Part shown: positions 19,968 through 29,250 of the stretch, piece by piece
Numbering within the stretch: position 1 is the first letter of the stretch
Layout: every line of letters starts with the position of its first letter
Source: Chloroflexota bacterium
GTDB taxonomy: Bacteria; Chloroflexota; UBA11872; VXOZ01
Direction of reading: 5' to 3'
Length of the DNA stretch: 64,000 nt
NCBI GenBank assembly: GCA_964291655.2
Contig: OZ219802.1
Coordinates: forward strand, 2,432,001 to 2,496,000
Notes under the pieces: model-generated
Databases searched by the model: none
What the model saw: only the letters and a program-made list of their open reading frames with translations
What the model was told of the DNA's origin: nothing
Translations under genes and position numbers: made by a program

Positions 19968-20868
19968 GGGCTTCCTCTCGGGTTTCGTAATACTGGAGAA
20001 AGATGTCTTCGAGGCGTCGTTCCTGGTACTCGATGTCTACCACAGTGTAGCGCGCCGCTTCTATGAGCGCGCCGGCCAAGTTGCCCTGGATCAGCGCAAT
20101 CACGGTGGTGTCTTCCTGGGACTCTTTTTGCACGCCCTCTAGTCCGCTAAGGAAGTCGGCCTGTGGAGGTTCGGCGAATTCCAAGCGTAAACGCCGCACT
20201 TGCTTCTCTTGGATGGCTTCCAAGGTGTCGCTCAGAATGAGCGTGCCGTCGCGGATCACGCCCACACGGTCGCAGATGCGCTCTACCTCGTCCAGATTGT
20301 GACTGGAAAAGAATACTGTGCCCCCTTGCTCGCGGTATTCATCCAGAATGCCGTACAATTCCTGCTGCATGAGCGGATCGAGTCCGCTGGTGGCTTCATC
20401 GAAGAGAATCAAGTCCGGCCGGTGCATGAGCGCCTGCAACACGCCGAGTTTCTGCTTGTTGCCCCGCGACAATGTGCCGATGCGCCGATTAAGTTCGGCA
20501 TCCAACCGCTCGGCCAATTCGTGCACGTACGACATGTCCGTTACGCCACGCACAGTACCGAAGAACCGCAGGAGTTGCCTACCGGTAAGATTCTCATACA
20601 TGCGCAGTTCACCGGGCAGGAATCCGACGCGGGCACGGATGGCTTTCGACTGGCCCTGCACATCCATGCCGAGGATCGTGGCTGCGCCGCGGGTGGGACG
20701 GATAAGATCGAGCAGCAGGCGGACGGTGGTCGTTTTGCCTGCCCCGTTGGGTCCCACGAAGCCGTAGATTTCTCCGCGTCGCACGTCAAGATCAAGGTCT
20801 ATAACGCCACGACTCTTGCCGTAGAATTTCGTTAGCTGGCGCGTTTCAATTGCCAGTTCTTGTGCCAC
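19933..20868 (-). CDS. ABC transporter ATP-binding protein
   Basis: GPNGAGKTT, LSRGNKQK, DEATSGLDP. Confidence 0.93.
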   Translation of the reverse strand: MAQELAIETRQLTKFYGKSRGVIDLDLDVRRGEIYGFVGPNGAGKTTTVRLLLDLIRPTRGAATILGMDVQGQSKAIRARVGFLPGELRMYENLTGRQLLRFFGTVRGVTDMSYVHELAERLDAELNRRIGTLSRGNKQKLGVLQALMHRPDLILFDEATSGLDPLMQQELYGILDEYREQGGTVFFSSHNLDEVERICDRVGVIRDGTLILSDTLEAIQEKQVRRLRLEFAEPPQADFLSGLEGVQKESQEDTTVIALIQGNLAGALIEAARYTVVDIEYQERRLEDIFLQYYETREEAHAAESSAQDSA

Positions 20869-21447
20869 TGGAAGTGTCCTCTCTGCGCGAGCCCGTGATG
20901 AAGGTAACGAATGTCAGCATTGGATGCAGCGAACGCCGTATGCGGAGGCGCGTGCTCTCAACCGCTTGTGGTTCATCATGCGCTGTCAACCCGTTCGCAA
21001 TGTGCGGTTAGATTCCCAAGCGTGGAGGAATTCCATCATTAGACGCCGCACGAACAGCATGCGGAGTTTCCGTTTTATCGCTTTGCCGATGGGTGTGTCC
21101 GTGAACACATTCACGGCGTCGTTAAACTGTCTCTTAGCTAATTATAGCCCATACGTATTATGCATCGCAGATGGGGAGGCGGGAGAGCGAAGGCAGCTTG
21201 TGGCGCTTGTGCGCGGCCCGACGGGCCCGCTTGACGTATCTTAAAGCCGGATTTGCTTGTATGTGGAGCACGGTGTCGTCTATAGTGGCGCACCAGCAAC
21301 GCCGCCTGCTCTGTCGTGTCTCTTAGGTACTTCTCAGACTATGCAGGTAGAATGAGATGCGGTTCCAAAGAGAGAGACCGCAAAGAGCCCACGGGCAGCG
21401 CACTATTAAAGATCACTTCATGACTTGCCACAGCGGAGGGTTGCGAT

Positions 21448-22296
21448 ATGGACAAGATGGATAGACGAGCATGGGTCGGGATATCAGCCTTAGGGGTAGG
21501 CGTGCTCGTCCTGCTCCTCGTGATTTTCTCGTCGGTCCGGGACACAGGCCAACAACTCCTGAATCTCTTTCGGGTGCAAGAGGTGCAAACGGTCCAGATC
21601 ACGCAGGAATTCTTGGATTCCTTGCCGGAGCCGGACGCAGAGCTTATTCAATGGGTCGAAGAGCCTTCAGGCGATGGAGAGGCGCGTGAAGTCACGTTAG
21701 CCGAAGCAGAGGATGCCTTGGGCTTTCGTTTGGCTCAGGTCGCCGATTTGCCGGACAATCTGCAAACCGACCCCAAAGTCACGATTACTGACGCGGAAGA
21801 AGCCTCGTTTACTATCGATTTGCCTACCGCGCGCAACTACATCTGGGCGCTAGGCGGTGACGGCGCAATTCTGCCCGACACTATGGAGGGTGCGGTCTTT
21901 GGCGTCACAATGCCCCAGGTGGGCATGCTGTTCTATGCTGCGAAAGAGAATCCCGAGCAGGGCGTGCGCCTGATCCAGACCACCAGCCCGACACTCGCGG
22001 TCCCCGGTGAGATCGACATGGATGCCATACGCGCTGGGCTCTTGGAGCTGGAAATTCTGCCTCAGGACCTGGCCGCGCAATTGCGGGCGGTAAGCGACTG
22101 GGAGAGCACGCTGCTGCTGCCGTTGGTCGAGGGTATGTCAGAGGAAGTGAATTTCGGCTCTGCGACTGCGGTGCGTTTCTTTGGTGTGGATGATGATGAC
22201 CGGATGCTGGTGTGGGTGGCCCAGGATCGGATACACGTCCTCAGCACGAACATCCCCGAGCTTGATTTGACCGCTCTGGCTGAGAACGTCAGATAG
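21448..22296 (+). CDS. Hypothetical membrane-anchored protein
   Basis: GGAGG SD, single N-terminal TM, acidic extracytoplasmic domain (LLNLFRVQ.V, TLAEAE..LGF). Confidence 0.75.
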   Translation: MDKMDRRAWVGISALGVGVLVLLLVIFSSVRDTGQQLLNLFRVQEVQTVQITQEFLDSLPEPDAELIQWVEEPSGDGEAREVTLAEAEDALGFRLAQVADLPDNLQTDPKVTITDAEEASFTIDLPTARNYIWALGGDGAILPDTMEGAVFGVTMPQVGMLFYAAKENPEQGVRLIQTTSPTLAVPGEIDMDAIRAGLLELEILPQDLAAQLRAVSDWESTLLLPLVEGMSEEVNFGSATAVRFFGVDDDDRMLVWVAQDRIHVLSTNIPELDLTALAENVR

Positions 22297-22625
22297 CGAA
22301 ACTCAGCTACAGACGACCGTGTGGACTGATGCTGTCCTCATTTTGGCGTCTTGGCTGCGTGTTGCGGCTAGGTTGGCCTAGAGAGCTATCACCAGCAGTC
22401 CAGCTTGCCCTCGATTGGAATCCATTGAACGTCTCGGCCGCCGGTGAGTACGTGCGTGCACCTTGGCATTGAATACGCTGACCTTAGGCAAGGTGGGCGT
22501 CGCATTGCACACCGCAACTGAGGCCCGTGTGATGTTGGGGTAATCTCCAGGTGCACGGCAGGGAGGCGTTGGGGTACGCTAGACTCAAAGTGCAGTTTTG
22601 GGTGATTCCCGCAAGGAGGCCTTTT

Positions 22626-23303
22626 GTGGAATACGAGATCCTACACCGACCGTCGTATGCGCTGCTCAACATGCAATTGAATGCCGGCGAGAACGTGAGC
22701 GCCGAGGCCGGCGCTATGGTCAGCATGTCGAGCGGCATCGAGATCGAGACCAGTATGCGCGGCGGACTGTTAGGCGGACTGCGACGCAAATTCCTGGGTG
22801 GCGAGTCTTTCTTCATAAACACGTTCAACGCGGCGCAGAGCGGAGAAGTGAATTTTGCCCCCAGTCTTCCCGGCGACATCTATGCGGTTGAACTCAACAA
22901 CGAAGTGATATTTGCCCAGTCCGGCTCATTCATCGCCTCGACGGCCGGGGTGGAAGTGGACTCGTCGTGGGGCGGCGCCAAGACGTTCTTTTCCGGTGAA
23001 GGCCTCTTTCTTCTCAAGATTAGCGGCAGCGGCGTCGTGTTCCTCTCCAGCTACGGCGCAATCCACGAAATTGCCCTGGAGGCAGGGCAGTCCTACACCG
23101 TGGACACGGGGCACATGGTCTCATTCGCCGAGGGTGTCGGCTACAGCGTACGCCGCGTGGGCGGCATGAAGTCCACGCTCTTCAGCGGCGAGGGCCTGGT
23201 GGTGGAGCTGACCGGCCCCGGCACGGTAACGATCCAGTCCCGCAGCACCGACGCCTTCCTCGCCTGGCTCATACCGCACTTGCCGAGTGGAGACTCCGGG
23301 TAA
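22626..23303 (+). CDS. AIM24 / TIGR00266 family protein
   Basis: AEAGAMVSM, GGESFFIN, FSGEGLF, VDTGHMV; AAGGAGG SD before GTG. Confidence 0.9.
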   Translation: MEYEILHRPSYALLNMQLNAGENVSAEAGAMVSMSSGIEIETSMRGGLLGGLRRKFLGGESFFINTFNAAQSGEVNFAPSLPGDIYAVELNNEVIFAQSGSFIASTAGVEVDSSWGGAKTFFSGEGLFLLKISGSGVVFLSSYGAIHEIALEAGQSYTVDTGHMVSFAEGVGYSVRRVGGMKSTLFSGEGLVVELTGPGTVTIQSRSTDAFLAWLIPHLPSGDSG

Positions 23304-23378
23304 GTATAACGTCTAGAGCCGGAGATCGATTTAATACCCTCGCATACTCGGGGCATTTGCACCGAGTAGTCCCTTCGT

Positions 23379-23615
23379 TCAAGCGCTTGTCACCGGACGT
23401 GCCTGCGAAGGCAGTACCGTAGCGATGGCTACGGTCTGGTCGTCAAGAGCCTCGAACTCCACGACGTATGCCGGGGTGTCCTGGTGAATGTGCACTATGG
23501 TGCCAACATCGCCTGGTTGCAGTTGCTCGTGACGGTCACCACAAACGGCGACGGTGAGAACGATCTGCTCGTGTTCTTTGAACGTTGGCTCACTTCCAAC
23601 GAGACTCGTGCCCAT
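23379..23615 (-). CDS. DUF4926 family protein
   Basis: GDVGTIVHIH...AYVVEF...TVAIATV pattern; start uncertain. Confidence 0.7.
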   Translation of the reverse strand: MGTSLVGSEPTFKEHEQIVLTVAVCGDRHEQLQPGDVGTIVHIHQDTPAYVVEFEALDDQTVAIATVLPSQARPVTSA

Positions 23616-23711
23616 AACATAATAGGTGACTGTACTTGAAGCGTTCTCTGCGTCTCGATTGCTGCGTAGGTTTAGGTGATTTCTAGGTAACACAGCAATT
23701 GCAAAGCAGAG

Positions 23712-24413
23712 TCAGGAAGATTCGCCATTCCCTGAGTTCCACGCCCGGCTGCCTTTGACGTGCAGGTAGCTGGCGCCGGCTTCGATCCAGGCTTCGCGGT
23801 AGGCGTAGAGAGTTTTCTCATTCGCGCCCGCGACTGAGCGCACTTCTTCAGCAGTCTTATGGAGCCACGGCACGTTGTCGGCGACTTCTTCCGGACGCTC
23901 CAATAAGAATTGGCGCATCTCCGCCAGCTTGGCGAGGCCGCCGGGCACGTCCGGCCCGGTGATCTCCTGCATCTGCTGCGCTACGGCTATGAGGGCGTCC
24001 GCGGCTTCCTTGTACACGTCCCAGCGGCGGTGCATGCGCTCCATCATGTGCTGGATGTCGTCAAGAAGCTCAGTAACGTGCGCGACGTCGGACTGCACGC
24101 GTGCGGGCTCTTCCTCCTCGATGCGCTTCAATTCATCGATGCTGCCGCACACGTCGGTGTAGTGGGTCTGGCGCGCGGCGTCTCCCTCCGACATGTCCGG
24201 CACGAATTGGTTTCCGCCGGCCCAGCGCACGCGGGGCAACTCCATCATGCCGCCGTCTTCGAAATAGACTAATGGCGGTTGGTTGTGGCCGGCCTCTTCG
24301 ATGTGCGCGCGGCCCAGGGCGACCTTTTCGAGAATCTTCTCACGGTGCGGCGATGGCGGCAGCCAACGCTCGTCGATGTCAGTTGCAGCGACTCTCTCTT
24401 GTACCTGACTCAT
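23712..24413 (-). CDS. Hypothetical protein (helical C-terminal half)
   Basis: 233-aa ORF with AGGAG SD and GC3-rich codon usage; no family recognised. Confidence 0.8.
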   Translation of the reverse strand: MSQVQERVAATDIDERWLPPSPHREKILEKVALGRAHIEEAGHNQPPLVYFEDGGMMELPRVRWAGGNQFVPDMSEGDAARQTHYTDVCGSIDELKRIEEEEPARVQSDVAHVTELLDDIQHMMERMHRRWDVYKEAADALIAVAQQMQEITGPDVPGGLAKLAEMRQFLLERPEEVADNVPWLHKTAEEVRSVAGANEKTLYAYREAWIEAGASYLHVKGSRAWNSGNGESS

Positions 24414-24524
24414 CTCCTGAACTCCTTAACTTGGTCCACGAAACGCATGTGGCACGAATGACATTTCCTGCTCAGTCGGCTTGCTCAAGCTTCTCAACTC
24501 CTTCCCTGCTAGTATACTACCGCT

Positions 24525-25139
24525 ATGGAAATCGTCATCCCGGAACTGCAATTCACGCCTGAACGCCGCGTCTCGGTGATGCAGCCCCATGCCGTCACCC
24601 TGCGGGGAGCGGCAGTAACGCTGCGGCCCATGGGTGAAGGCGATTGGGACAGTCTACTTAAGTGGAATAGCGATCCCGCGGTGATGGAACTCGCCGATCA
24701 CAACCCCTTTGAGGAGAGCTCCTTAGAGGAATTACAAACTATCTACCGCTGGATTTCGACCCATGCCTACTGTTTCATCATGGAGGCAGATGGGAATCCC
24801 ATCGGCGAGTGCTGGCTACAACAGATGAATCTGCAGCGGATCGTTGCGCAGTTTCCCAATAAGGACCTGCGCCGCATCGACCTTATGATCGGCGAGAAGG
24901 AGCTGTGGGGACGCGGCTATGGGACGGATGCAATAGGGCTGCTTGTTGACTTTGGTTTTCAGGACGAGCGCGCCGACGCCATATTCGCTCCCGTCATGGC
25001 GGATAACCACCGCAGCCAGCGCGCCTTCCAGAAGAACGGCTTCACGTGCCTCAAGCGTTTTCAAGAACCGGACGGTAGCATCAACACCGATCTGGTCTTG
25101 TGGCGGACTGAGTATGCGACTGCCATTCCGCACGAGTGA
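24525..25139 (+). CDS. GNAT (RimJ/RimL-like) N-acetyltransferase
   Basis: VTLRPM, WGRGYGT, N.RSQRAFQKNGF. Confidence 0.88.
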   Translation: MEIVIPELQFTPERRVSVMQPHAVTLRGAAVTLRPMGEGDWDSLLKWNSDPAVMELADHNPFEESSLEELQTIYRWISTHAYCFIMEADGNPIGECWLQQMNLQRIVAQFPNKDLRRIDLMIGEKELWGRGYGTDAIGLLVDFGFQDERADAIFAPVMADNHRSQRAFQKNGFTCLKRFQEPDGSINTDLVLWRTEYATAIPHE

Positions 25140-25213
25140 TGTCTGTAGAGTTACTCGTGTAGCACATGAGCCACGTGTTTAGAGATTGGCTCTCGAACCC
25201 GCGGACTCTTCTG

Positions 25214-26257
25214 CTACGCCGCAGTAACCGTAATGCCGGTTCCCTCGCCAACCTTGCCGATGATCCAGAGCGGCTCGTTGGCGGCGCGGAATTCTTCTAC
25301 CAGTTGGGGTTGCTGATGAGGCGGTACCGCTGCCAGGAGGCCGCCGCTGGTCTGGGGATCGAAGAGGAGCTCGGCGAGCGCGGATGGAATGTCCCCGTCC
25401 AGGGTAAGTAGCCCTTCGTCTTCCAGGTGCGCGCGGTTGCGGTCCAGACCGCCGGGCACCACGTCCTCCCGGGCGTATTCCAGCGCACCGCTCAGCATCG
25501 GAATCGCCTGTGCGGCAAATTCAAAGCGTACCTTGCCGTGGCGCGCCATCTCCATAGCGTGGCCGAGCAGGCCGTAGCCGGTCACGTCGGTGCAAGCGTG
25601 GACAGTGAATTGTTGGAGTAGGCGCGCGGCCCCGCCATTCAGGCGGCACATGCTGGCGACAGCTTCTTCAAGATGTCCGGGCGCGACGCCGCCGCGCTTG
25701 AGAGCCGTGGTAATCACGCCGGTGCCAATCGGCTTCGTAAGGACCAACAGGTCGCCCGGCTGGGCACCGGCCTTGGTGAAGATGCGTTCGGGATGTACCT
25801 GCCCCGTGACAGCCAAGCCGTACTTTGGTTCTTCGTCAGTCACCGTGTGTCCGCCCGCGATCACCGCGCCGGCCTCGATCACCTTGTCCGCGCCGCCCTG
25901 GAAGATGCGGCTCAGGATGTCCAGATCGAGGTCGTCGGGAAAGCCTGCGAGGTTCAGGGCAAAGAGCGGCTCGCCCCCCATGGCATACACATCGCTCAGG
26001 GCGTTGGCGGCCGCAATCTGTCCGAAAGCGTAGGGATCGTCGACGACCGGCGGGAAGAAGTCCGCCGTACTGATGATGGCCTGTTCGTCGCTCATACGAT
26101 AAACGGCGGCATCGTCAGGCGCGGTGAGACCTACCAGCAGATTGCTATCGGATTGTGAAGGAAAGGCGCGCAGTACCTGCGCGAGCTCGGCGGGGCCGAG
26201 TTTGCCCGCTCACCCGGCGCAGGAAGCCAGGCTGGTTAGTCTGACCGGTGATGACAT
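25214..26257 (-). CDS. selD: Selenide, water dikinase SelD; selenoprotein with in-frame UGA (Sec16)
   Basis: ATG at 26257 with GAGGAG SD: MSSPVRLTSLASCAG-U-AGKLGP...DDAAVY, in frame with the track ORF (DFFPPVVDDP, NALSDVYAMGG, TDVTGYGLLGH, DPQTSGGLL); TGA at 26212-26210. Confidence 0.94.
26181..26209 (-). promoter_or_regulatory. SECIS-like hairpin of selD
   Basis: Immediately 3' of the UGA: GCGGGCAAA-CUCGGC-CCC-GCCGAG-CUCGC. Confidence 0.65.
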
Positions 26258-26349
26258 AGGGTTGCTCCTCAGCGGTTTTGAACGCGGACTGAATGCGTGT
26301 GGGCAACGGTGCCGTCGACGACTTTCTTGCCTTTACCAAGACCACCCGC

Positions 26350-26524
26350 ACCGTTCGGCCTGAGCTTGTCGACGACCGGGTTGGAACAGAGAGACTTGGC
26401 GCATGACTTACGTATCTCATTTCGCCGTTCATGCTTCGACAAGCTCAGCACGAACGGCTAGTGGGCTCAGCACGAACGGCTGGCGGGCTCAGCTCAAACG
26501 GCTGGCGTGCTCAGCAGGAACGGC
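26350..26524. repeat. REP-like CTTCGACAAGCTCAG element with a 22-nt tandem array (about 4 units)
   Basis: Units at 26443, 26465, 26487 and 26509 (GCTCAGCACGAACGGCTRGYGG); inverted copy at about 26350-26372. Confidence 0.8.
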
Positions 26525-26733
26525 AAGCGCGCCCACCGCATACCGAACCGGCAAACACCCCAAGACTCCTCTTTCTTGAAAGTATAGCAACTCCCCATGA
26601 AGGGAAGAGTTCTGGCTGACTTTGGGGACACCTGTCAACCAGCAATTGCAATTTGCAGGCAGCGAATTTACTGCCGCTGGTGATGTATATTCCTGACGAT
26701 CCCCGTTTCTTGCGGCCACTTCAAAGGCTGTAG

Positions 26734-27582
26734 TTAGGCAAAGTCGCGCCACGAATACTGCGCTCGGAAACCGAGGTCGTGTTTCGCTTTGGCGTTGGTG
26801 ATGCCTGATTCCGTGCAGGTAAGATGGGCCGCTATCTGCTCGGTGCCGGGGAAGACGAGTGGCGAAGCTTCAGCGAGGGGAATTGGACAGAACGCGTCAT
26901 CGGCCACGATGTAATAGGCGCCGTGCACGGCGCTTTCCGTCTCCAACGCCAGGCGAAACCCCACCGCCAGGTCGCGTACGTCCGCGTAGCCCCAAAAGCC
27001 ACCATAGAAGGCGTTGAGATTCGCCTCCATCGCTGCCAGTCGCTCCGGCCACGTCTCCGGCATGACCACGTGGGACGGACGGATTGAAACGGCGGGAATG
27101 CCGGTGCGCCGATGCGCCATGTCCACGATATCTTCCCCGACTACTTTGGAGAGACCGTACGGGTCTTGCGGCAGATTCGGGTGGTTTTCATCCACCGGCA
27201 GGTAGTGCGGGACAAAGTCGCGGTAGCGGAAGCTCATGCCGAGCACGTTGATGCTGCTCGTGGCGACGATCTTCTTGAGGCCCAGCGTGGCGGCAGCCTC
27301 GCACACATTATAGGTTCCCATCACATTTGTACGGAACACGTACGAGTTGGCGAGGGTCCCAGGCGAAGGGATGGCCGAAAGGTGCACTACGGCCCCGGCA
27401 GGGGCCAGAAGCTCGAATATCGTACCCTCGTCTTCGTGGTCGCCGACGCGATAGTGGACGCCGGCTTCGGGCTCCGTTGGCGCAACACGATCGAACGAGA
27501 CGATCTCGTGCCCGTGCTGCACAAGCTCCCTTACAACGTACTGTCCGATGTTACCGCTGCCGCCTGTCACAACTACCTTCAT
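26734..27582 (-). CDS. NAD-dependent epimerase/dehydratase (extended SDR)
   Basis: TGGSGNIG, YGLSK (YxxxK), DVRDLA. Confidence 0.9.
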   Translation of the reverse strand: MKVVVTGGSGNIGQYVVRELVQHGHEIVSFDRVAPTEPEAGVHYRVGDHEDEGTIFELLAPAGAVVHLSAIPSPGTLANSYVFRTNVMGTYNVCEAAATLGLKKIVATSSINVLGMSFRYRDFVPHYLPVDENHPNLPQDPYGLSKVVGEDIVDMAHRRTGIPAVSIRPSHVVMPETWPERLAAMEANLNAFYGGFWGYADVRDLAVGFRLALETESAVHGAYYIVADDAFCPIPLAEASPLVFPGTEQIAAHLTCTESGITNAKAKHDLGFRAQYSWRDFA

Positions 27583-27990
27583 GGGTTGTCCTCCTGGTGG
27601 GAAATTTTGCGTAACTTCGGCCGCAGGCGCTTGAATTACTCCCTCTCCCTGGGAGGCCGTCTCACAAATGCATCGCTCGGTGTAGACTTGCCCTTCGACA
27701 GGTTCTAACCCACTCCCGCCGGAGACTTTTGTGTAACTCCGTCATTCCGGCGAAAGCCGGAATCCAGAGCGCCTTTACAACTAAAGATAGCATGATTTCA
27801 AGTCATTTCACCCCTTTCCCAACCTTCCCCTTCAAAGGTGAAGGGCTATGCAAAGGTCTCCGCCGGGAGAGGGGATCTTTCCGCCCCGGCAAGGTTCATT
27901 AGGATTCTCCTGGTGGGCAGGGAGAATGCTCGCATTGGATTGAGTCTTGGTCGTACTCCACGATGTGCAGGTTGCTGTGCTTCGTCGCCA

Positions 27991-28202
27991 ATCGCCAAAC
28001 CTCACCTACTATTGTAAGCGTTTGAACGCCAGGCCGAACGCTTGCCGGCAAACACTGAAATCAGCACTGATCCTCTCGTGGCTATCCAATCACTGAGTAG
28101 AGTGCTAGCGACGAATTCCTGTGACTATAGGCAAGAATATACTCAGTCTGGAGGAATCCGCATGGAGCCACATGCTACCCTATGGTAGGTGAGGTTAGCA
28201 AT
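27991..28202. other. Unassigned highly base-paired element (candidate ncRNA or MITE)
   Basis: Terminal inverted repeat 27991-28012 / 28182-28202 enclosing several nested stems. Confidence 0.4.
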
Positions 28203-28383
28203 CACATAATCTTATTGCCGCAGGCTGTTGACTGTCACGTGCACGTTAGTATAGGTTGAGATACGAAATGTGAGTGTCTTGGGAGCGTGGCACTTGGTAT
28301 AGCAGCGAAGGCAACATCAAGTGAGGCAGCTTCCCGACCCAAGCAAAAGTGGCGCCTCAATCAAGAAAGAAAGAGGAGAGGGT

Positions 28384-29241
28384 ATGAGTGCGATTGCCAT
28401 CGTAACTGATAGCACGAGCGACCTCGATCCCACGATTGCCGCCGAGCAGCACATAACCTTAGTGCCGGCGCACGTGCGTTTCGGAGATATCGATTACAAG
28501 GACGGTGTGGACATCACGGGCGAGCAATTCTATACAATGCTCACCGAGGCTCAGGACCTGCCCCAGACATCGCAACCCTCAGTAGGTGAATTCGCCGAGG
28601 TCTACGAGCGATTGGCGCAGGACCACGACCATATCGTGTCGCTTCACGTATCCGGCAAGCTGAGCGGCACCATGCAGTCGGCGCTGACAGCCGCGCAGCA
28701 GTTTGAGGGCGAGACTTCCTGCAATATTCATGTGATTGATACGCAATCGGCCTCGATAGGCTTGGCGTACATAGCGTGCGAAGCGGCGCGGCTCGTTGGT
28801 GAAGACGCGGAAGTCGATCACGTCGTAAGTCGCGTCAAGAGTGTCGCCGACCTTATGCACGTCGCCTTTACCCCGGATACATTGGAGTATCTGCGGCGCG
28901 GCGGTCGCCTCGGGGCGGCCTCTCACTTGGTTGGATCGCTACTTCGCATCAAGCCGGTACTCATTCTTGAGGATGGCGCAATTGAAGCGCTTGATAAGGT
29001 GCGCACGCGGTCGCGTGTCGTCGAGCGCATGGTGCGCTTTGTGGAATCAGTTGCCGGCCCAGAAGGAACGCTCACGCATCTTGGCGTGATGCACGCCAAT
29101 GACCCGGATTTCGCGGCCGAGTTGCAAGAGGCGATCTTGGGCCGCGTTTCTGCGGAGAGAGTCATGAACGGGTCAATTGGACCGGCCATCGGCACGCACG
29201 CGGGACCGGGGGCTGTCGGCATATCATTTCATAAGGAGTAA
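28384..29241 (+). CDS. DegV family fatty-acid binding protein (FakB-like)
   Basis: IVTDSTSDL, TSQPS, SGKLSGT, YLRRGGRL, IKPVL, HAGPGA. Confidence 0.94.
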   Translation: MSAIAIVTDSTSDLDPTIAAEQHITLVPAHVRFGDIDYKDGVDITGEQFYTMLTEAQDLPQTSQPSVGEFAEVYERLAQDHDHIVSLHVSGKLSGTMQSALTAAQQFEGETSCNIHVIDTQSASIGLAYIACEAARLVGEDAEVDHVVSRVKSVADLMHVAFTPDTLEYLRRGGRLGAASHLVGSLLRIKPVLILEDGAIEALDKVRTRSRVVERMVRFVESVAGPEGTLTHLGVMHANDPDFAAELQEAILGRVSAERVMNGSIGPAIGTHAGPGAVGISFHKE

Positions 29242-29250
29242 GTCGCATCT

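Noticed and set aside
20900-21150. Riboswitch-like leader of the ABC-2 operon
   Set aside because: One clear hairpin (CCGTGAA/TTCACGG) and only fragmentary resemblance to c-di-GMP or fluoride motifs
26443-26524. Possible CRISPR array
   Set aside because: Units are contiguous 22-mers without unique spacers, and there are no cas genes in the window
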